64,000 bases of DNA from an uncultured Flavobacteriales bacterium (GCA_913056345.1 CAJXMH010000003.1:38694-102693), one strand, 5' to 3'; counted from the stretch's first letter, positions 1 to 11,755 are shown. Numbers and translations are program-made. The notes: generated by a model not told the origin, from the sequence alone.

Positions 1-168
1 ATAAACGGGGTAAGTCTTACCGCCTTCAATGTTAAAGACGAATCTTTTGAAGTGACTATCATACCTTACACTTACGAACACACCACTTTTCGTGATTTAA
101 AAGAGGGTGATCAAGTAAACCTGGAGTTTGATATTATAGGAAAGTACGTAGCGCGGCTCAATGCTTAG
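1..168 (+). CDS. ribE: riboflavin synthase alpha chain, C-terminal fragment (5' end outside window)
   Basis: Frame 1 is open from the window edge to TAG 166-168. Hand translation [55 protein letters not shown] shows the second lumazine-binding repeat signature (GVSLT, IPhT..T, GD.VNLE.D..GKY). It is absent from the ORF track because it has no start in the window. Confidence 0.7.
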   Translation: MNGVSLTAFNVKDESFEVTIIPYTYEHTTFRDLKEGDQVNLEFDIIGKYVARLNA

Positions 169-1160
169 CCAAACACCTCATTTGCGATTGTTCTTACTGT
201 TTTTGATCTACCCATAGTGTAATAATGAATACAAGGTGAACCGAACTCAACTAGTTCTTTTGATTGTTGAATCGCCCATGCAGTGCCCACTTTTCTAACG
301 TCTTCATTTGTTTTACACTGGTCCAACTGATCTGTTAAGGCTGCAGGAAGGTCAATGTTGAAGAATTTCGGTAAAAAGCTAATGTGTCTAAGACTTGAGA
401 TGGGTTTAATCCCTGGAATGATTGGGACTTCGATTCCTTCCACTCTACAAAGTTTTACGAAATTGAAAAATCTTTCGTTATCGAAGAATAACTGCGTTAC
501 CACGTAATGAGCCCCGGCATCAATTTTCTCTTTTAACCTTTTAACATCAGACAGTAAATTAGGAGATTCGAAGTGCTTTTCAGGATAACCCGCTACCCCG
601 ATTGAAAAGTTAGTAGGAGTTGCATTCTCGATCTCTTCATCTATGTATTTGCCTTGATTCAGATCTACTATTTGCTCAACCAGATCCTTAGCGTAGGTGT
701 TTCCCCCATCTTCCGCTACAAAATGACGTTCAGTTTTGATCGGGTCACCTCTTAGCGCTAATACATTGTCTATTCCCAAGAAGTGTAAGTCAATAAGAGC
801 ATTTTCAGTTTCTTCTTTTGTAAAGCCTCCGCAAATCAAATGCGGTATGGCTTCCACATTATATTTATGCTTAATAGCTGCACAAATACCCACAGTCCCC
901 GGTCTTTTCTTAATGGCTATCTTCTCTAGGAAACCTTGCGTCCTTTTCTTATAGATAAACTCCTCTCTATGATAGGTCACATTTATAAAAGCAGGATTGA
1001 ATTCCATGAGCGGATCTATTCCTTCATAGATTGATTCAATGCTCTTCCCTTTAAGAGGGGGTAATATCTCAAAAGAAAAGAGTGTTTTTTTGGTATTATT
1101 TAATTGATCAATTACTTGCACTATTTCAAATTTAGCTGACAAAAATACAAAGGCCTCCAT
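165..1160 (-). CDS. metF: 5,10-methylenetetrahydrofolate reductase
   Basis: 331-aa ORF with [27 protein letters not shown] and VAGYPEKH blocks typical of the MetF/MTHFR family. It overlaps the convergent ribE stop by 4 nt. Confidence 0.9.
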   Translation of the reverse strand: MEAFVFLSAKFEIVQVIDQLNNTKKTLFSFEILPPLKGKSIESIYEGIDPLMEFNPAFINVTYHREEFIYKKRTQGFLEKIAIKKRPGTVGICAAIKHKYNVEAIPHLICGGFTKEETENALIDLHFLGIDNVLALRGDPIKTERHFVAEDGGNTYAKDLVEQIVDLNQGKYIDEEIENATPTNFSIGVAGYPEKHFESPNLLSDVKRLKEKIDAGAHYVVTQLFFDNERFFNFVKLCRVEGIEVPIIPGIKPISSLRHISFLPKFFNIDLPAALTDQLDQCKTNEDVRKVGTAWAIQQSKELVEFGSPCIHYYTMGRSKTVRTIANEVFG

Positions 1161-1173
1161 TAAGAAGGCCTTT
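1141..1173 (-). terminator. hairpin plus T-rich tail after the 1171-aa gene; its loop holds the metF ATG
   Basis: 8-bp stem aaaggcct (1149-1156) / aggccttt (1166-1173) with a 9-nt loop. On the minus strand it is followed by GTATTTTT and sits 23 nt past the stop at 1196. The metF start codon (1160-1158) lies in the loop. Confidence 0.35.
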
Positions 1174-1195
1174 GAGTCGATTTTGTTTTAGATAG

Positions 1196-4100
1196 TTATC
1201 GAATAATAGTAAAGTTTCCTTTAAAGGGCTCCGGATAAAGGTCATCGTTAACCTTTAGGATATAGAAATAAGTACCTTCTTTCAGGTCCTCTCCATCCCA
1301 ATCATTGTAGTAATTGTCATCTTCATAAACCATTTCTCCCCAACGGTTAAAGACTTGCAACATACTTCCAGGATATAATTCTAAGAGTGTAAATGCTAGG
1401 AAATCATTGATTCCATCGCCATTTGGAGTAAAAACATTGATTGGTCTAACAACTGCATCACAAGCTTCCGCGATTTCACGGGGTCCAAAACGACAGTTTG
1501 CATCTTCTGGCACCTCAATGTTGTAAGGCATCACCTGAAGCTTAAGCTGTTCACCTACAATTTCATGCTGTATAGCAGTTTCTCCGCTTGCTTCTTCCCA
1601 TGGCAGTGTGTCTCCATCTTGAGTAATACCCCTTACAAGGTAACCGTCAGCACCTGTAGATACATCCCAATTGAAAACTTGAACAACGCTTCCATTTTTA
1701 AAGGTTATGCTTTTACAGGCTGCCCTATATGGACCAAACTCGTCTGCCAGCCTCACATTAATGCTATCTGCAGATTCACAAGTGCTACCAAGAGCTGAAA
1801 GCTTTGTAACCTCTAGTAAAAACAATCCTTCCTCTGAAATATTTAATTGGTCATTTGTTTCACCGCCAATTGGCTGTCCGTTTCTAAACCATTGATAAGA
1901 CATGTTATTAGGAAACATATATTCTTCAGCATTTAAGCTTACAAAGTCTTCAGTGGGACAAATAATAGTGTCCGTTGGTGAATTCGGGCTTATTAGACCA
2001 GTTGTTGCATCAACTAGTCTTCTTAATTCTACATCAACTTGGTTTTTTACAATTAGGAAAGTATCACGTTCTCTACACGTGTAACCATTTACAATTAGGG
2101 GCACTTCAGAAGAGAAAACATTAAACCTGTTAACCTCTTGACCGGGAACAGATAGCGCGGGCCTTCCAGAGCTAACAAGTGTCCAGTTAACCCCTGAGAA
2201 TTGATCATAATCTTTAGATGAAGGTGGAGTGGCAAATGTTGCTACACTTCTTGAAAACAATATCCCGCTTGGATCGGCATTGTGTTTTGTAACCATACTA
2301 TCTAGGTTGATCACTGGAAAGTCATCTTCAGGGCATAAATCATAATCAGGAACGTTTACCTCAGGGTTTTCGTAGCGAGTCACAGTAAAAAGATCCGTAT
2401 CATAACAAATTGACTTTAAGATAGTATCTCCTGTAAAAGGATCGTATTTACTAAAGTCCAGACCTACTCCAACCTCCCATGTTAAGGTGTTTTGAAGAAT
2501 GTTTGGGTTTTGGTTAGCAGGAATACTCACGTCCTTTAGTGCAGATCTTCTGCCGTCAGGCTGAATACCTAAGCTTAAATTACTAATTGTGTCTGTTGTG
2601 CTATTGGGGTCTAAAGGGTTTAAGCGCCACGTATAGAATATTCTAGGATCAAACTGTGTATTGGTATAACTAGCCACATCTTCAGGATATGGTGGGGTTT
2701 GATCTAATATAGCAGGGAAACAATACGTATATTCCTCAAATGGATGCTCGTAAGTGAAATCAGTGTTCACGTAAATTTTTACATAAGGCTCATCGAGAGG
2801 CAAAGCGTAATCACATTTGTTTTTAATGGTTGTATTGTCATTACTTCCATGCTTAAAGTGAATGTTATACATTCCAGGTCCAATTGGTTTATTTAGGAAT
2901 AAGGTAACTTGATTGAATTCTCCTAAAGGATTCGTGTTTGCCTTTCTTTGGTCTAGTGGTTTTACTGCTTCCGTTGGTGTAATAAAGTTATAGTAAAGAC
3001 TATCAATAAAGGCGATAACAGTATCAGTTCTGTTGGTATCAAGACCAATTCTGAAGTCTTCCTTATCTAAAGTAGCAGCAAACATTGGCTCCGTTAAGTT
3101 GAAGGTTAACACGGTAGACCCACAATCAAACTCAAAGGCATCTTGCGTTGAATTAAAAGTAGAGGCATAACGGTCAGCTCCAGTTTGAGGGTCAAATTGA
3201 GATTCCACGCCTATAAAGTCTGGCAATCTACTGTTACAGTCATTATCAATTACAAAACGTGACTCATAAAAGGTAGTATTGACGGTGGTATCTTTTGCCA
3301 ATACGGAACCTGTATTTCCATCTCTGTAGTAAACTCGACGATCTTCATCTATTTGAGTAGTAACAAGACTTGCAAACCGGTCGGTAGGAGTAAAGCTCAT
3401 CGTTCCTGAGTTTTGGTCAAAAGTTATTCTTGGCTCTTGCACAGGGAAAGGTTGATCAAAAGGGTAAGCTGGTTGTACATAATTTGCGTTTACCGTTGGG
3501 TTATCAGTTCTTGCATTAGCTAGTTCGTATTTTACAACATCATTGTTTTTTGCATCCTTAAGAGGAATGCTGTAGTCGTATCGTTTGCCAACACAAAAGG
3601 AAGCAACAGGGTCTGGTTCAACTGATTCTACCGAGTTCATTTTTCTCGGGTTAAACACTCTTCTAAATTCTTGGTCGAAAATGCCTGTTGCCGCTCCGAT
3701 GAAAAAGTTGTTCATCTTAGACTCAATGTAGAAACGTTGTTGTGGATTGATATTATTGTACTCATTCGATCTAAACTCTCCGTTAGGGCCTCCACCATAA
3801 GAGATTACCCAATCTTTTGCAGGAGGTAAAACTATCGGAGAGGTATTCTGATACAGTGCACCTTCTGTGCGCACTCGGTTACCATTAAGGCAATATTGTC
3901 TAACAGGCCCTTCATTAAATCTGTTATCAAGCGTTAAATTTTGTGCCAGATTTAGAGATTTTGATCTTATGTTAACGGTCTGAGTTGGATCTAATGGGTC
4001 TGCCCCCGGAATTCTGTCTCTAAAAAAGTGAAGCGTTACTTGATAGCTTAGCGGTTCGTTCCTATAATTTTCAGGTGTTGCATTTAAAAGGAAAAGACTG

Positions 4101-4711
4101 TCTAAGTAAAATACATCGCCTATACCAGGGTTTTCAACATCATAAACTATAGTAAGACGATCATAGTTCTCTCCTAAATTTAGGGGACCTGCACTAGGGT
4201 CTAGAGGGTTATTTACGGGATTTCCAAAATCAAAAACCAATCGATTCCATGCATCAGGGGCAGTCGTGGTATCTTGTGTTTCCACCCTTGCGCCACTTGC
4301 TGAGCTTTCAGCTATCAATCTAACAATTACTCCTGCATTGGCAGCATATATATCTGCAATTATGCTATCATTTGTTGCGCTAAATGGGATAGGGCTAGCT
4401 AAATCTCCTCCGAGCTGTGTTCTTGCTCCAGCTGAAGCTCCATTCACTTTAATGGTTTCAAGCACATTGTTACTGCCATCGGTTGGTGAGGTAGCAAAGG
4501 AAGAGGCATTACCTCCAAAATCACTAAAACCATAATTAATGAAGTTGTCATCTTCCCAATCTAAGGGCAACGACATTGGATACTTATCAGGACCTACATA
4601 ATCAATCTCAATATATCCACCTGCCCATAATTTAGACTGAGCTGTTGATTTGATGGAACTTAAAGTTATTAAGGTCAATAGCGACAAGGCGATTAAAGAA
4701 AACTTTTTCAT
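1196..4711 (-). CDS. large secreted surface protein with T9SS type-B (gliding-motility-associated) C-terminal sorting domain
   Basis: The N-terminus carries a signal peptide ([26 protein letters not shown]). The last ~85 aa ([13 protein letters not shown]...[17 protein letters not shown]...GTYFYILKV...KGNFTIIR) match the T9SS type-B CTD. I cannot assign the ~1050-aa passenger region to a family. Confidence 0.8.
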   Translation of the reverse strand: MKKFSLIALSLLTLITLSSIKSTAQSKLWAGGYIEIDYVGPDKYPMSLPLDWEDDNFINYGFSDFGGNASSFATSPTDGSNNVLETIKVNGASAGARTQLGGDLASPIPFSATNDSIIADIYAANAGVIVRLIAESSASGARVETQDTTTAPDAWNRLVFDFGNPVNNPLDPSAGPLNLGENYDRLTIVYDVENPGIGDVFYLDSLFLLNATPENYRNEPLSYQVTLHFFRDRIPGADPLDPTQTVNIRSKSLNLAQNLTLDNRFNEGPVRQYCLNGNRVRTEGALYQNTSPIVLPPAKDWVISYGGGPNGEFRSNEYNNINPQQRFYIESKMNNFFIGAATGIFDQEFRRVFNPRKMNSVESVEPDPVASFCVGKRYDYSIPLKDAKNNDVVKYELANARTDNPTVNANYVQPAYPFDQPFPVQEPRITFDQNSGTMSFTPTDRFASLVTTQIDEDRRVYYRDGNTGSVLAKDTTVNTTFYESRFVIDNDCNSRLPDFIGVESQFDPQTGADRYASTFNSTQDAFEFDCGSTVLTFNLTEPMFAATLDKEDFRIGLDTNRTDTVIAFIDSLYYNFITPTEAVKPLDQRKANTNPLGEFNQVTLFLNKPIGPGMYNIHFKHGSNDNTTIKNKCDYALPLDEPYVKIYVNTDFTYEHPFEEYTYCFPAILDQTPPYPEDVASYTNTQFDPRIFYTWRLNPLDPNSTTDTISNLSLGIQPDGRRSALKDVSIPANQNPNILQNTLTWEVGVGLDFSKYDPFTGDTILKSICYDTDLFTVTRYENPEVNVPDYDLCPEDDFPVINLDSMVTKHNADPSGILFSRSVATFATPPSSKDYDQFSGVNWTLVSSGRPALSVPGQEVNRFNVFSSEVPLIVNGYTCRERDTFLIVKNQVDVELRRLVDATTGLISPNSPTDTIICPTEDFVSLNAEEYMFPNNMSYQWFRNGQPIGGETNDQLNISEEGLFLLEVTKLSALGSTCESADSINVRLADEFGPYRAACKSITFKNGSVVQVFNWDVSTGADGYLVRGITQDGDTLPWEEASGETAIQHEIVGEQLKLQVMPYNIEVPEDANCRFGPREIAEACDAVVRPINVFTPNGDGINDFLAFTLLELYPGSMLQVFNRWGEMVYEDDNYYNDWDGEDLKEGTYFYILKVNDDLYPEPFKGNFTIIR

Positions 4712-4875
4712 CTATTTAAAATCCTTAGAGTGTGTTGTTCAATAAAAATTGCAATTCGTAAAGAAACGGAATTTTCATCTTTTTTACAACGAAAATCCAT
4801 TCATTGCCTAAAATGACGCAGGCTAAAACGATTTAGTTGCATTTGCGTTTTACTCTTTTCACGAGTTTAAAAACT

Positions 4876-4883
4876 TAATTTTG
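4876..4883 (+). promoter_or_regulatory. Bacteroidota-type -7 promoter box (TAnnTTTG) for lepA
   Basis: TAATTTTG lies 18 nt upstream of the lepA ATG at 4902. Confidence 0.35.
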
Positions 4884-4901
4884 TTATCACAATTTTAGAG
4901 C

Positions 4902-6698
4902 ATGCAGCACATTCGAAATTTTTGCATTATTGCGCACATTGACCATGGGAAGAGCACCCTGGCAGACCGTCTACTTGAGAAAACTCAAACCATAAGTATG
5001 AGGGACCTTCAGGCTCAGACCCTTGATGATATGGACTTGGAGCGAGAAAGAGGTATAACCATTAAAAGTCATGCGATTCAGATGAGTTTTGTCAAAGAAG
5101 AGCAGCCGTATGTTTTAAATCTGATCGACACCCCTGGCCACGTTGACTTTTCTTATGAGGTGTCACGGTCTATTGCTGCCTGCGAAGGTGCTCTATTAAT
5201 TGTTGATGCTTCTCAGGGCATTCAAGCACAAACCATTTCCAATCTTTATTTAGCTCTTGAGCATGATCTTGAAATAATACCAATACTTAATAAGATCGAC
5301 CTTCCTTCGGCTATGCCTGAAGAAGTTAAAGACCAAGTAGTGGACCTTATTGGTTGTGACCGGGATGATATTCTTTTAGCTAGCGGGAAGACAGGAGAAG
5401 GAGTGGATGGGATTTTAGATGCCATCGTGGAGCGAATACCACACCCTGTAGGAGACCCTCACAAGCCTTTGCAAGCTTTGATCTTTGATTCTGTTTTTGA
5501 TTCATACCGCGGCATTCACGCCTATTTTAAAGTGTTGAATGGCGAAATAAAGAAGGGTGATAAGGTAAAATTTGTAAACACAGGTAAGCAGTACGATGCA
5601 GACGAAGTTGGCGTTTTGAAACTTAAGAAAGAGCCACGTTCTGTGATTAAAACTGGAGATGTAGGCTATATTGTATCAGGAATTAAATCTGCCAGAGAGG
5701 TAAAAGTTGGTGATACACTAACTACGGTTTCTAACCCATGTCAAGAGGCAATAAAGGGTTTTGAAAATGTGAAGCCTATGGTTTTTGCGGGGATTTATCC
5801 TGTAGATACCGATGAATATGAGGAGCTGAGAGAAGCCATGGAAAAACTTCAATTAAATGATGCTTCTTTAACCTTTGAACCTGAGTCTTCAGCAGCTCTT
5901 GGATTTGGATTTCGTTGTGGGTTCTTAGGGATGTTGCACATGGAAATTATTCAGGAAAGGTTAGAAAGAGAGTTTAACATGACCGTGATCACTACGGTGC
6001 CGAACGTTTCTTATCATGCTTTTTTAACAAAAGATCCTGAAGAAAAGGTTTTGATCAACAATCCGTCAGACCTGCCCGAGGCCACCCTTCTTGACCATGT
6101 GGAAGAACCCTACATAAAAGCCCAAATTATCACAAAATCTGATTATGTGGGAGCTGTGATGAATCTCTGCATTGAGAAAAGGGGAGAGATGCAAAACCAA
6201 GTCTACTTAACTACCGACCGGGTTGAGCTAACTTTTCACATTCCATTAGCAGAAATTGTTTTTGACTTCTATGACCGGCTAAAGACTATTTCAAGGGGAT
6301 ATGCTTCATTTGATTATTACCCAATTGGTTACTATACCTCTAGTTTGGTAAAACTCGATTTGTTACTCAACGGAGATCAAGTAGATGCTTTATCTGCCCT
6401 AATTCATAAAGATAAAGCCTACGAATTAGGAAAAAAGATTTGCCTTAAACTCAAAGAGCTACTTCCTCGTCAGCAGTTTGACATTGCTGTACAAGCTGCT
6501 ATTGGAACCAAGGTAATTGCAAGAGAAACGGTAAAAGCCTTAAGAAAAGATGTAACAGCTAAATGTTACGGTGGCGATATTAGTCGGAAAAGAAAACTAT
6601 TAGAAAAACAGAAAGAGGGTAAAAAGAGAATGCGTCAGGTGGGTAATGTTGAAGTGCCTCAAAATGCCTTTCTAGCAGTATTGAAACTCGACGATTAA
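4902..6698 (+). CDS. lepA: translation elongation factor 4 (LepA)
   Basis: 598 aa with [30 protein letters not shown] and NKID GTPase motifs, plus the LepA-specific C-terminus ([24 protein letters not shown]). Confidence 0.97.
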   Translation: MQHIRNFCIIAHIDHGKSTLADRLLEKTQTISMRDLQAQTLDDMDLERERGITIKSHAIQMSFVKEEQPYVLNLIDTPGHVDFSYEVSRSIAACEGALLIVDASQGIQAQTISNLYLALEHDLEIIPILNKIDLPSAMPEEVKDQVVDLIGCDRDDILLASGKTGEGVDGILDAIVERIPHPVGDPHKPLQALIFDSVFDSYRGIHAYFKVLNGEIKKGDKVKFVNTGKQYDADEVGVLKLKKEPRSVIKTGDVGYIVSGIKSAREVKVGDTLTTVSNPCQEAIKGFENVKPMVFAGIYPVDTDEYEELREAMEKLQLNDASLTFEPESSAALGFGFRCGFLGMLHMEIIQERLEREFNMTVITTVPNVSYHAFLTKDPEEKVLINNPSDLPEATLLDHVEEPYIKAQIITKSDYVGAVMNLCIEKRGEMQNQVYLTTDRVELTFHIPLAEIVFDFYDRLKTISRGYASFDYYPIGYYTSSLVKLDLLLNGDQVDALSALIHKDKAYELGKKICLKLKELLPRQQFDIAVQAAIGTKVIARETVKALRKDVTAKCYGGDISRKRKLLEKQKEGKKRMRQVGNVEVPQNAFLAVLKLDD

Positions 6699-7954
6699 TT
6701 GACCTCTAATTTTGCTACAAAAGCAGAGTCTGATTGGTTTTGTAATAGCAAATTATAATTTCCAGGCTTCAGGGCTAAGTAAATGCTATCCTGTTCGTCT
6801 TTAATTACATTCAAGTCATAGGGAATTGCTTCGCTAGGATTTTCACCTTCTACAAAAGCTAAAGCCATGATTGGTTTGCTCAATTCAATTGCAGCTAGAG
6901 CAAGCACGACACTTTTGTTTTCTTTGTCAAATATCCAATTGGGCTTACCATTTAGGCTTTCGGATTGCTCATGAAAAACCATAATGTCAAAGGCGCTGTC
7001 GCTTTTTTCGCCTAAGTAAGATTGTTGGCTCTCGTCAAGAAATACAGTGGGTTCTTTAAGTTCTAATCGCTTCATCAAGGGATGTAGGTAGCCAAACTCA
7101 AATCTATTGTCAAACTTTGTTTGGTTAATGGTTAGCGGATTGATTCCAGTATATTCTGATAACCTACCGGCCATGGCTTTTTTCCATCTTCCACCCATTT
7201 CACCTTCAGTAGCATGGGCGTAGCCACAATGGATCAAGTATTTACCCCCTTTATTAGCTTTCATAAAGTTAGCAATGTTGCGCGCTTGATTGATTTCTCT
7301 TTCTTTACCACCTCCAGTTCCTTCATAGGGGAAGAGGGTGAAGCCAATTTGCAGAGCATCCCGAATTAAATTACCAAACTGCGGTTCTTTAGAATAAGTC
7401 CCTGTGCTTTTGATAGGGTATTTTCGTTGGTTCAATGCAGTATCTATAAAGCTTACATTGCTCAATGTTTCTAACCCTAAATAACGATATCCTTGTTGGT
7501 AAAGGTCTTCCAATAATGTGCGAGTAAAAAATCGATGTTTGGGTTTATGGTGCGCCTCGTTAATGATTGTAATCTCTTCCGCTTTGCTCCTATTTAAAAT
7601 ATAGGCTTTCGCAGAAATTGGGCTAAAATCTTTTTTGAAAGCTTTAATCGCTGTATCGCTAAGTGGTCTTGGTTGGCCATATTGACCGTAAAATTGTTGC
7701 CCAGTTTCTTTTTCCATACCTAAGTAAGAGTAATCAGTTCCCGCCATTTGGTTAGCCCAAGATTTCTGGCAGGTGTCTAAATAATATTCAATCTCAGCAG
7801 GGAACTTGTAGGCAATCTCAATCGGCTGATAAGGCTCAAAGTTGCTTAGCTCAAATCTATTTTCGAGCTTACCTTCTTTTGGTTGCGGTTTGTTGTTACA
7901 AGCAAGTAGAAATGCGGTTAAAAACAGTAACAGTTGGTAGGGGTTCAATTTCAT
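6695..7954 (-). CDS. lipoprotein, possibly ChaN/Tiki-superfamily
   Basis: The lipobox-like N-terminus is [47 protein letters not shown] and IHCGYAHA resemble the GE.H..H...E pattern of the ChaN/Tiki/erythromycin-esterase superfamily, which I recognise only weakly. The ATG overlaps the thiL stop (ATGA). Confidence 0.55.
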   Translation of the reverse strand: MKLNPYQLLLFLTAFLLACNNKPQPKEGKLENRFELSNFEPYQPIEIAYKFPAEIEYYLDTCQKSWANQMAGTDYSYLGMEKETGQQFYGQYGQPRPLSDTAIKAFKKDFSPISAKAYILNRSKAEEITIINEAHHKPKHRFFTRTLLEDLYQQGYRYLGLETLSNVSFIDTALNQRKYPIKSTGTYSKEPQFGNLIRDALQIGFTLFPYEGTGGGKEREINQARNIANFMKANKGGKYLIHCGYAHATEGEMGGRWKKAMAGRLSEYTGINPLTINQTKFDNRFEFGYLHPLMKRLELKEPTVFLDESQQSYLGEKSDSAFDIMVFHEQSESLNGKPNWIFDKENKSVVLALAAIELSKPIMALAFVEGENPSEAIPYDLNVIKDEQDSIYLALKPGNYNLLLQNQSDSAFVAKLEVN

Positions 7955-9003
7955 GTGTCTGCTTTATGCGATTCCCAACCTTGTGCTTTCAGTGGAATCA
8001 TTTGCTCTGAACCTTTGCCTACCATAAAGTTACCGGCTGCTTTATCAGTAACATGACCGATGATGCTTATACCTGGGGCGTTTTTTATTTGCTCGTGATA
8101 GTCTAAGGGCAAAGTAAAAAGCAATTCATAGTCTTCTCCTCCATTTAAGGCAGCCAAGGTAGCATCTATCTTAAATTCTTCCATGGTTGAAACAGTGGAA
8201 GGGTCTATTGGTATTTTCTCCTCATAGATTTGAACCCCTATATTAGATGCTTTTGCCAAATGAATTAGCTCAGAAGAAAGCCCATCTGAAATGTCGATCA
8301 TAGAGCTAGGTACGATTCCCTCTTTTTTAAAAAATTCGATAATCTCTTTTCTAGCTTCGGGTTTAAGCTGTCTTTCAAGCACATAATCTTTACCGCTCAA
8401 ATCAGGCTGTACTTTTTCATTTTCTTGAAAAACCGCCTTTTCTCTTTCTAATATTTGTAGACCTGCATAGGCAGCACCTAGGTCTCCACTCACGCAAATC
8501 AAGTCATTTTCTTTCGCTCCATCTCTTCTTGCGATCTTTGTCTCATCAGCTTCGCCAATCACGCTCAGGCTAAGCACCAAGCCACTTAATGAGGAGGTGG
8601 TGTCTCCTCCTACTAAATCAACTTGGTAGAGCTCGCAAGCTAAATTGATTCCTTCGTAAATTTCTTCCAAAGCTTCTACAGACATGCGGTTTGAAACTGC
8701 TATGGAAACAGTAATTTGTTTTGGGTTGCCATTCATGGCATAGATGTCTGAAAAATTCACTACAGCAGCTTTGTATCCCAAGTGCTTTAAAGGAGTGTAA
8801 AGTAAATCGAAGTGCACGCCTTCAACTAACATATCAGTTGAGATGAGTTTAAGCTTTTTACCGCCTTTAATAATTGCAGCATCATCGCCTGCCCCCAATA
8901 TACTTGAGCTATTGCGTAATTTAACTTTACTCGTAAGTTTTTCGATCAATCCAAATTCTCCTAAGTTGTTGAGCGGAGTTGGTTCTTGTTGTTCTTCTTG
9001 CAT
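7951..9003 (-). CDS. thiL: thiamine-monophosphate kinase
   Basis: 350 aa with LGEFGLIEKL, GAGDDAAII and STDMLVEGVHFD, which are typical AIR-synthase-like ThiL motifs. Confidence 0.9.
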   Translation of the reverse strand: MQEEQQEPTPLNNLGEFGLIEKLTSKVKLRNSSSILGAGDDAAIIKGGKKLKLISTDMLVEGVHFDLLYTPLKHLGYKAAVVNFSDIYAMNGNPKQITVSIAVSNRMSVEALEEIYEGINLACELYQVDLVGGDTTSSLSGLVLSLSVIGEADETKIARRDGAKENDLICVSGDLGAAYAGLQILEREKAVFQENEKVQPDLSGKDYVLERQLKPEARKEIIEFFKKEGIVPSSMIDISDGLSSELIHLAKASNIGVQIYEEKIPIDPSTVSTMEEFKIDATLAALNGGEDYELLFTLPLDYHEQIKNAPGISIIGHVTDKAAGNFMVGKGSEQMIPLKAQGWESHKADT

Positions 9004-9101
9004 AAAGCAAAGTTAGTTATTCATATTCTCCTAGCCCTTTTTAGACTTGTTTCGTTATTAAACAAAGCTGCTATATGGCTGTTTGTTTACGATAAGTTTT
9101 C

Positions 9102-9124
9102 TTATTTAGATGCAGTCTAAATAA
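9102..9124. promoter_or_regulatory. perfect 9-bp inverted repeat (candidate operator) just upstream of the suf promoter box
   Basis: TTATTTAGA (9102-9110), then tgcag, then TCTAAATAA (9116-9124). It ends 7 nt before the TAAATTTG box at 9132. Confidence 0.35.
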
Positions 9125-9131
9125 AGATAAT

Positions 9132-9139
9132 TAAATTTG
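9132..9139 (+). promoter_or_regulatory. -7 promoter box (TAnnTTTG) for the suf operon
   Basis: TAAATTTG lies 22 nt upstream of the sufA ATG at 9162. Confidence 0.35.
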
Positions 9140-9161
9140 CAAAAAAATAAACGTTTGCATC

Positions 9162-9488
9162 ATGATCAAAGTAAGAGATAGCGCCAGAGATAAAATTTTC
9201 AGCTTGCTCGAAGCAGAAGGAAAAGATCAAACAAGTTTTGTGCGCGTTGGAGTTAAAGGAGGGGGATGTTCAGGATTAATGTACGAGCTCGAATTTGACT
9301 CTGATCAAGAAGAAGAGGATAAATTAATAGAGGATAATAATATTAAAATCTTAGTAGATAAGAAAAGCGTATTGTACTTGGTAGGAACTGAACTTGATTT
9401 CTCCGACGGCTTGAATGGAAAGGGTTTCAGTTTTACTAATCCCAATGCTTCACGCACATGTGGTTGCGGTGAAAGTTTTTCTATCTAA
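9162..9488 (+). CDS. sufA: Fe-S cluster assembly A-type carrier (HesB/IscA/SufA family)
   Basis: 108 aa with GGGCSG and a C-terminal CGCGESF cysteine motif. It is the first gene of the suf operon. Confidence 0.9.
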   Translation: MIKVRDSARDKIFSLLEAEGKDQTSFVRVGVKGGGCSGLMYELEFDSDQEEEDKLIEDNNIKILVDKKSVLYLVGTELDFSDGLNGKGFSFTNPNASRTCGCGESFSI

Positions 9489-9504
9489 ATTAAAAAAATA
9501 AACT

Positions 9505-10947
9505 ATGGCTAGTGAAGAAGAATTATTAGAGGAGGTAACCTCACAGGAGTATAAATATGGTTTCTATACCGATATAGAGTCTGATAAGGCACCTAAAGGG
9601 TTGAATGAAGATATCATTCGATTTATATCGGCGAAAAAAAATGAACCTGAATGGATGTTAGAATATCGTTTAAATGCGCTTAAGGTTTGGCAAGAAATGA
9701 AAGAGCCTGAGTGGGCACATTTAAGGTATCCGAAGCCCGACTTTCAGGATTTACACTATTATTCAGCACCGAAGAAGAAAAAAGAATTAGAAAGCCTAGA
9801 TGAAGTAGATCCTGAATTGCTTGAAACTTTTGAGAAACTAGGAATTTCACTCGATGAGCAAAAACGTTTAACCGGGGTTGCGGTTGATGCGGTGATAGAT
9901 AGTGTTTCAGTGAAAACAACCTTTACAGAGAAATTAGCTGAATTAGGAATTATTTTTTGCTCTTTTAGCGAAGCGGTTCAAAAGCATCCGGAATTAGTTA
10001 AAAAGTATCTTGGAACAGTTGTTCCATCTACCGATAACTTTTATGCAGCCCTGAATTCAGCAGTTTTCACAGATGGTTCCTTCTGCTACATTCCAAAGGG
10101 AGTAAGATGCCCTATGGAACTCTCAACTTATTTTAGAATTAATGAAGCGAACACCGGGCAATTTGAAAGAACTTTAGTTATAGCTGATGAGGGTAGTTAT
10201 GTTTCATATTTAGAAGGGTGTACGGCTCCAATGCGAGACGAAAATCAATTGCACGCTGCAGTAGTAGAGTTGGTAGCTCTTGATGATGCAGAAATCAAGT
10301 ATTCTACGATTCAAAACTGGTACCCGGGAAGTAAAGAAGGGAAGGGTGGAATCTACAACTTCGTAACCAAGAGAGGTTTGTGTATGGATAATTCAAAAAT
10401 TTCATGGACACAAGTTGAAACCGGTTCTGCCGTTACTTGGAAATACCCCGGTTGTGTATTAAAAGGAGAGAATTCAGTTGGAGAGTTTTACTCTGTAGCG
10501 GTAACTGCTAATTACCAGCAAGCTGATACGGGAAGTAAAATGTTGCATCTGGGAAAGAACTCAAAAAGTACCATCATCTCTAAGGGTATATCGGCAGGTA
10601 AAGCAGAAAACTCTTACCGAGGTTTGGTGAAGATCAACAAAAATGCGGTGAATAGTCGAAACTTTACTCAATGTGACTCCCTATTAATGGGAAATGATTG
10701 CGGTGCTCATACCTTCCCTTACATAGAGGTTGATAATAAATCTTCTAAAGTAGAGCATGAAGCTACTACTTCAAAGATCGGAGAAGATCAAATTTTTTAC
10801 TGTAAGCAAAGAGGTATGGACGAGGAAACGGCCATCAACTTGATTGTAAACGGCTACTGCAAAGAGGTGCTTAATCAGCTGCCAATGGAGTTTGCTGTTG
10901 AGGCGCAAAAACTGCTTGAAATTAGCTTAGAAGGCTCAGTAGGGTAA
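9505..10947 (+). CDS. sufB: Fe-S cluster assembly scaffold SufB
   Basis: 480 aa with conserved SufB blocks ([45 protein letters not shown]). Confidence 0.97.
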   Translation: MASEEELLEEVTSQEYKYGFYTDIESDKAPKGLNEDIIRFISAKKNEPEWMLEYRLNALKVWQEMKEPEWAHLRYPKPDFQDLHYYSAPKKKKELESLDEVDPELLETFEKLGISLDEQKRLTGVAVDAVIDSVSVKTTFTEKLAELGIIFCSFSEAVQKHPELVKKYLGTVVPSTDNFYAALNSAVFTDGSFCYIPKGVRCPMELSTYFRINEANTGQFERTLVIADEGSYVSYLEGCTAPMRDENQLHAAVVELVALDDAEIKYSTIQNWYPGSKEGKGGIYNFVTKRGLCMDNSKISWTQVETGSAVTWKYPGCVLKGENSVGEFYSVAVTANYQQADTGSKMLHLGKNSKSTIISKGISAGKAENSYRGLVKINKNAVNSRNFTQCDSLLMGNDCGAHTFPYIEVDNKSSKVEHEATTSKIGEDQIFYCKQRGMDEETAINLIVNGYCKEVLNQLPMEFAVEAQKLLEISLEGSVG

Positions 10948-10984
10948 TTGAATAATTTAAAGACGAATAGACAAACAAACCACG

Positions 10985-11743
10985 ATGATTAAAATAGAAA
11001 ATCTACATGCCTCAATTGAAGGCAACGAAATATTAAAAGGAATAAACCTTGAGGTCAAAGCCGGAGAGGTACACGCCATCATGGGGCCTAATGGCTCAGG
11101 TAAAAGTACTTTAGCCAGCGTGCTAGCAGGAAGAGAAGAATATGAAGTGACAAAAGGGTCAATTGACTTCTTAGGGGAAGACTTGTTAGAGATGGAACCT
11201 GAAGACCGAGCAAGATCAGGTATGTTCTTGGCTTTTCAATATCCTGTGGAAATTCCCGGCGTTAGCAACATTAACTTTTTGAAAACGGCAATCAATGAGA
11301 TGCGTGAGAAAAAAGGACTAGACCCAATGACGGGTAAAGATTTTTTGAAAGCAGTAAAAGAGAAGTCGAAGTTAGTTGAACTTGATGGTAAGTTAACTAA
11401 TCGATCGGTTAATGAAGGCTTTTCTGGTGGAGAGAAAAAGCGTAATGAAATTTTTCAAATGGCGATGTTAGAGCCTAAGTTGTCAGTTTTAGATGAAACG
11501 GATTCGGGACTTGACATTGATGCTTTGAGGGTGGTTTCAGAAGGCGTAAATAAACTCAAAACTGATAAAAACGCAACTATTGTTATTACACACTACCAGC
11601 GATTGTTAGATCATATTGTTCCTGATTATGTTCACGTTTTATACAATGGAAAAATTGTAAAAACAGGAGATAAGTCCTTAGCCTTAGAATTAGAGGAGAA
11701 AGGATATGATTGGCTGAAAGAAGATGCTGCCGTAACTGCATAA
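10985..11743 (+). CDS. sufC: Fe-S cluster assembly ATPase SufC
   Basis: 252 aa with Walker A GPNGSGKST, signature FSGGEKKR, Walker B LDETDSGLD and ITHYQRLL. Confidence 0.97.
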   Translation: MIKIENLHASIEGNEILKGINLEVKAGEVHAIMGPNGSGKSTLASVLAGREEYEVTKGSIDFLGEDLLEMEPEDRARSGMFLAFQYPVEIPGVSNINFLKTAINEMREKKGLDPMTGKDFLKAVKEKSKLVELDGKLTNRSVNEGFSGGEKKRNEIFQMAMLEPKLSVLDETDSGLDIDALRVVSEGVNKLKTDKNATIVITHYQRLLDHIVPDYVHVLYNGKIVKTGDKSLALELEEKGYDWLKEDAAVTA

Positions 11744-11755
11744 AAAAAGAAACTT

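Noticed and set aside
9004-9161. Possible TPP riboswitch upstream of thiL, or another riboswitch in the thiL/suf divergent region.
   Set aside because: I could not find the conserved CUGAGA / ACCUGAUCUGGAUAAUGCCAGCG-type TPP elements on the thiL strand. The region is AT-rich promoter-like DNA.
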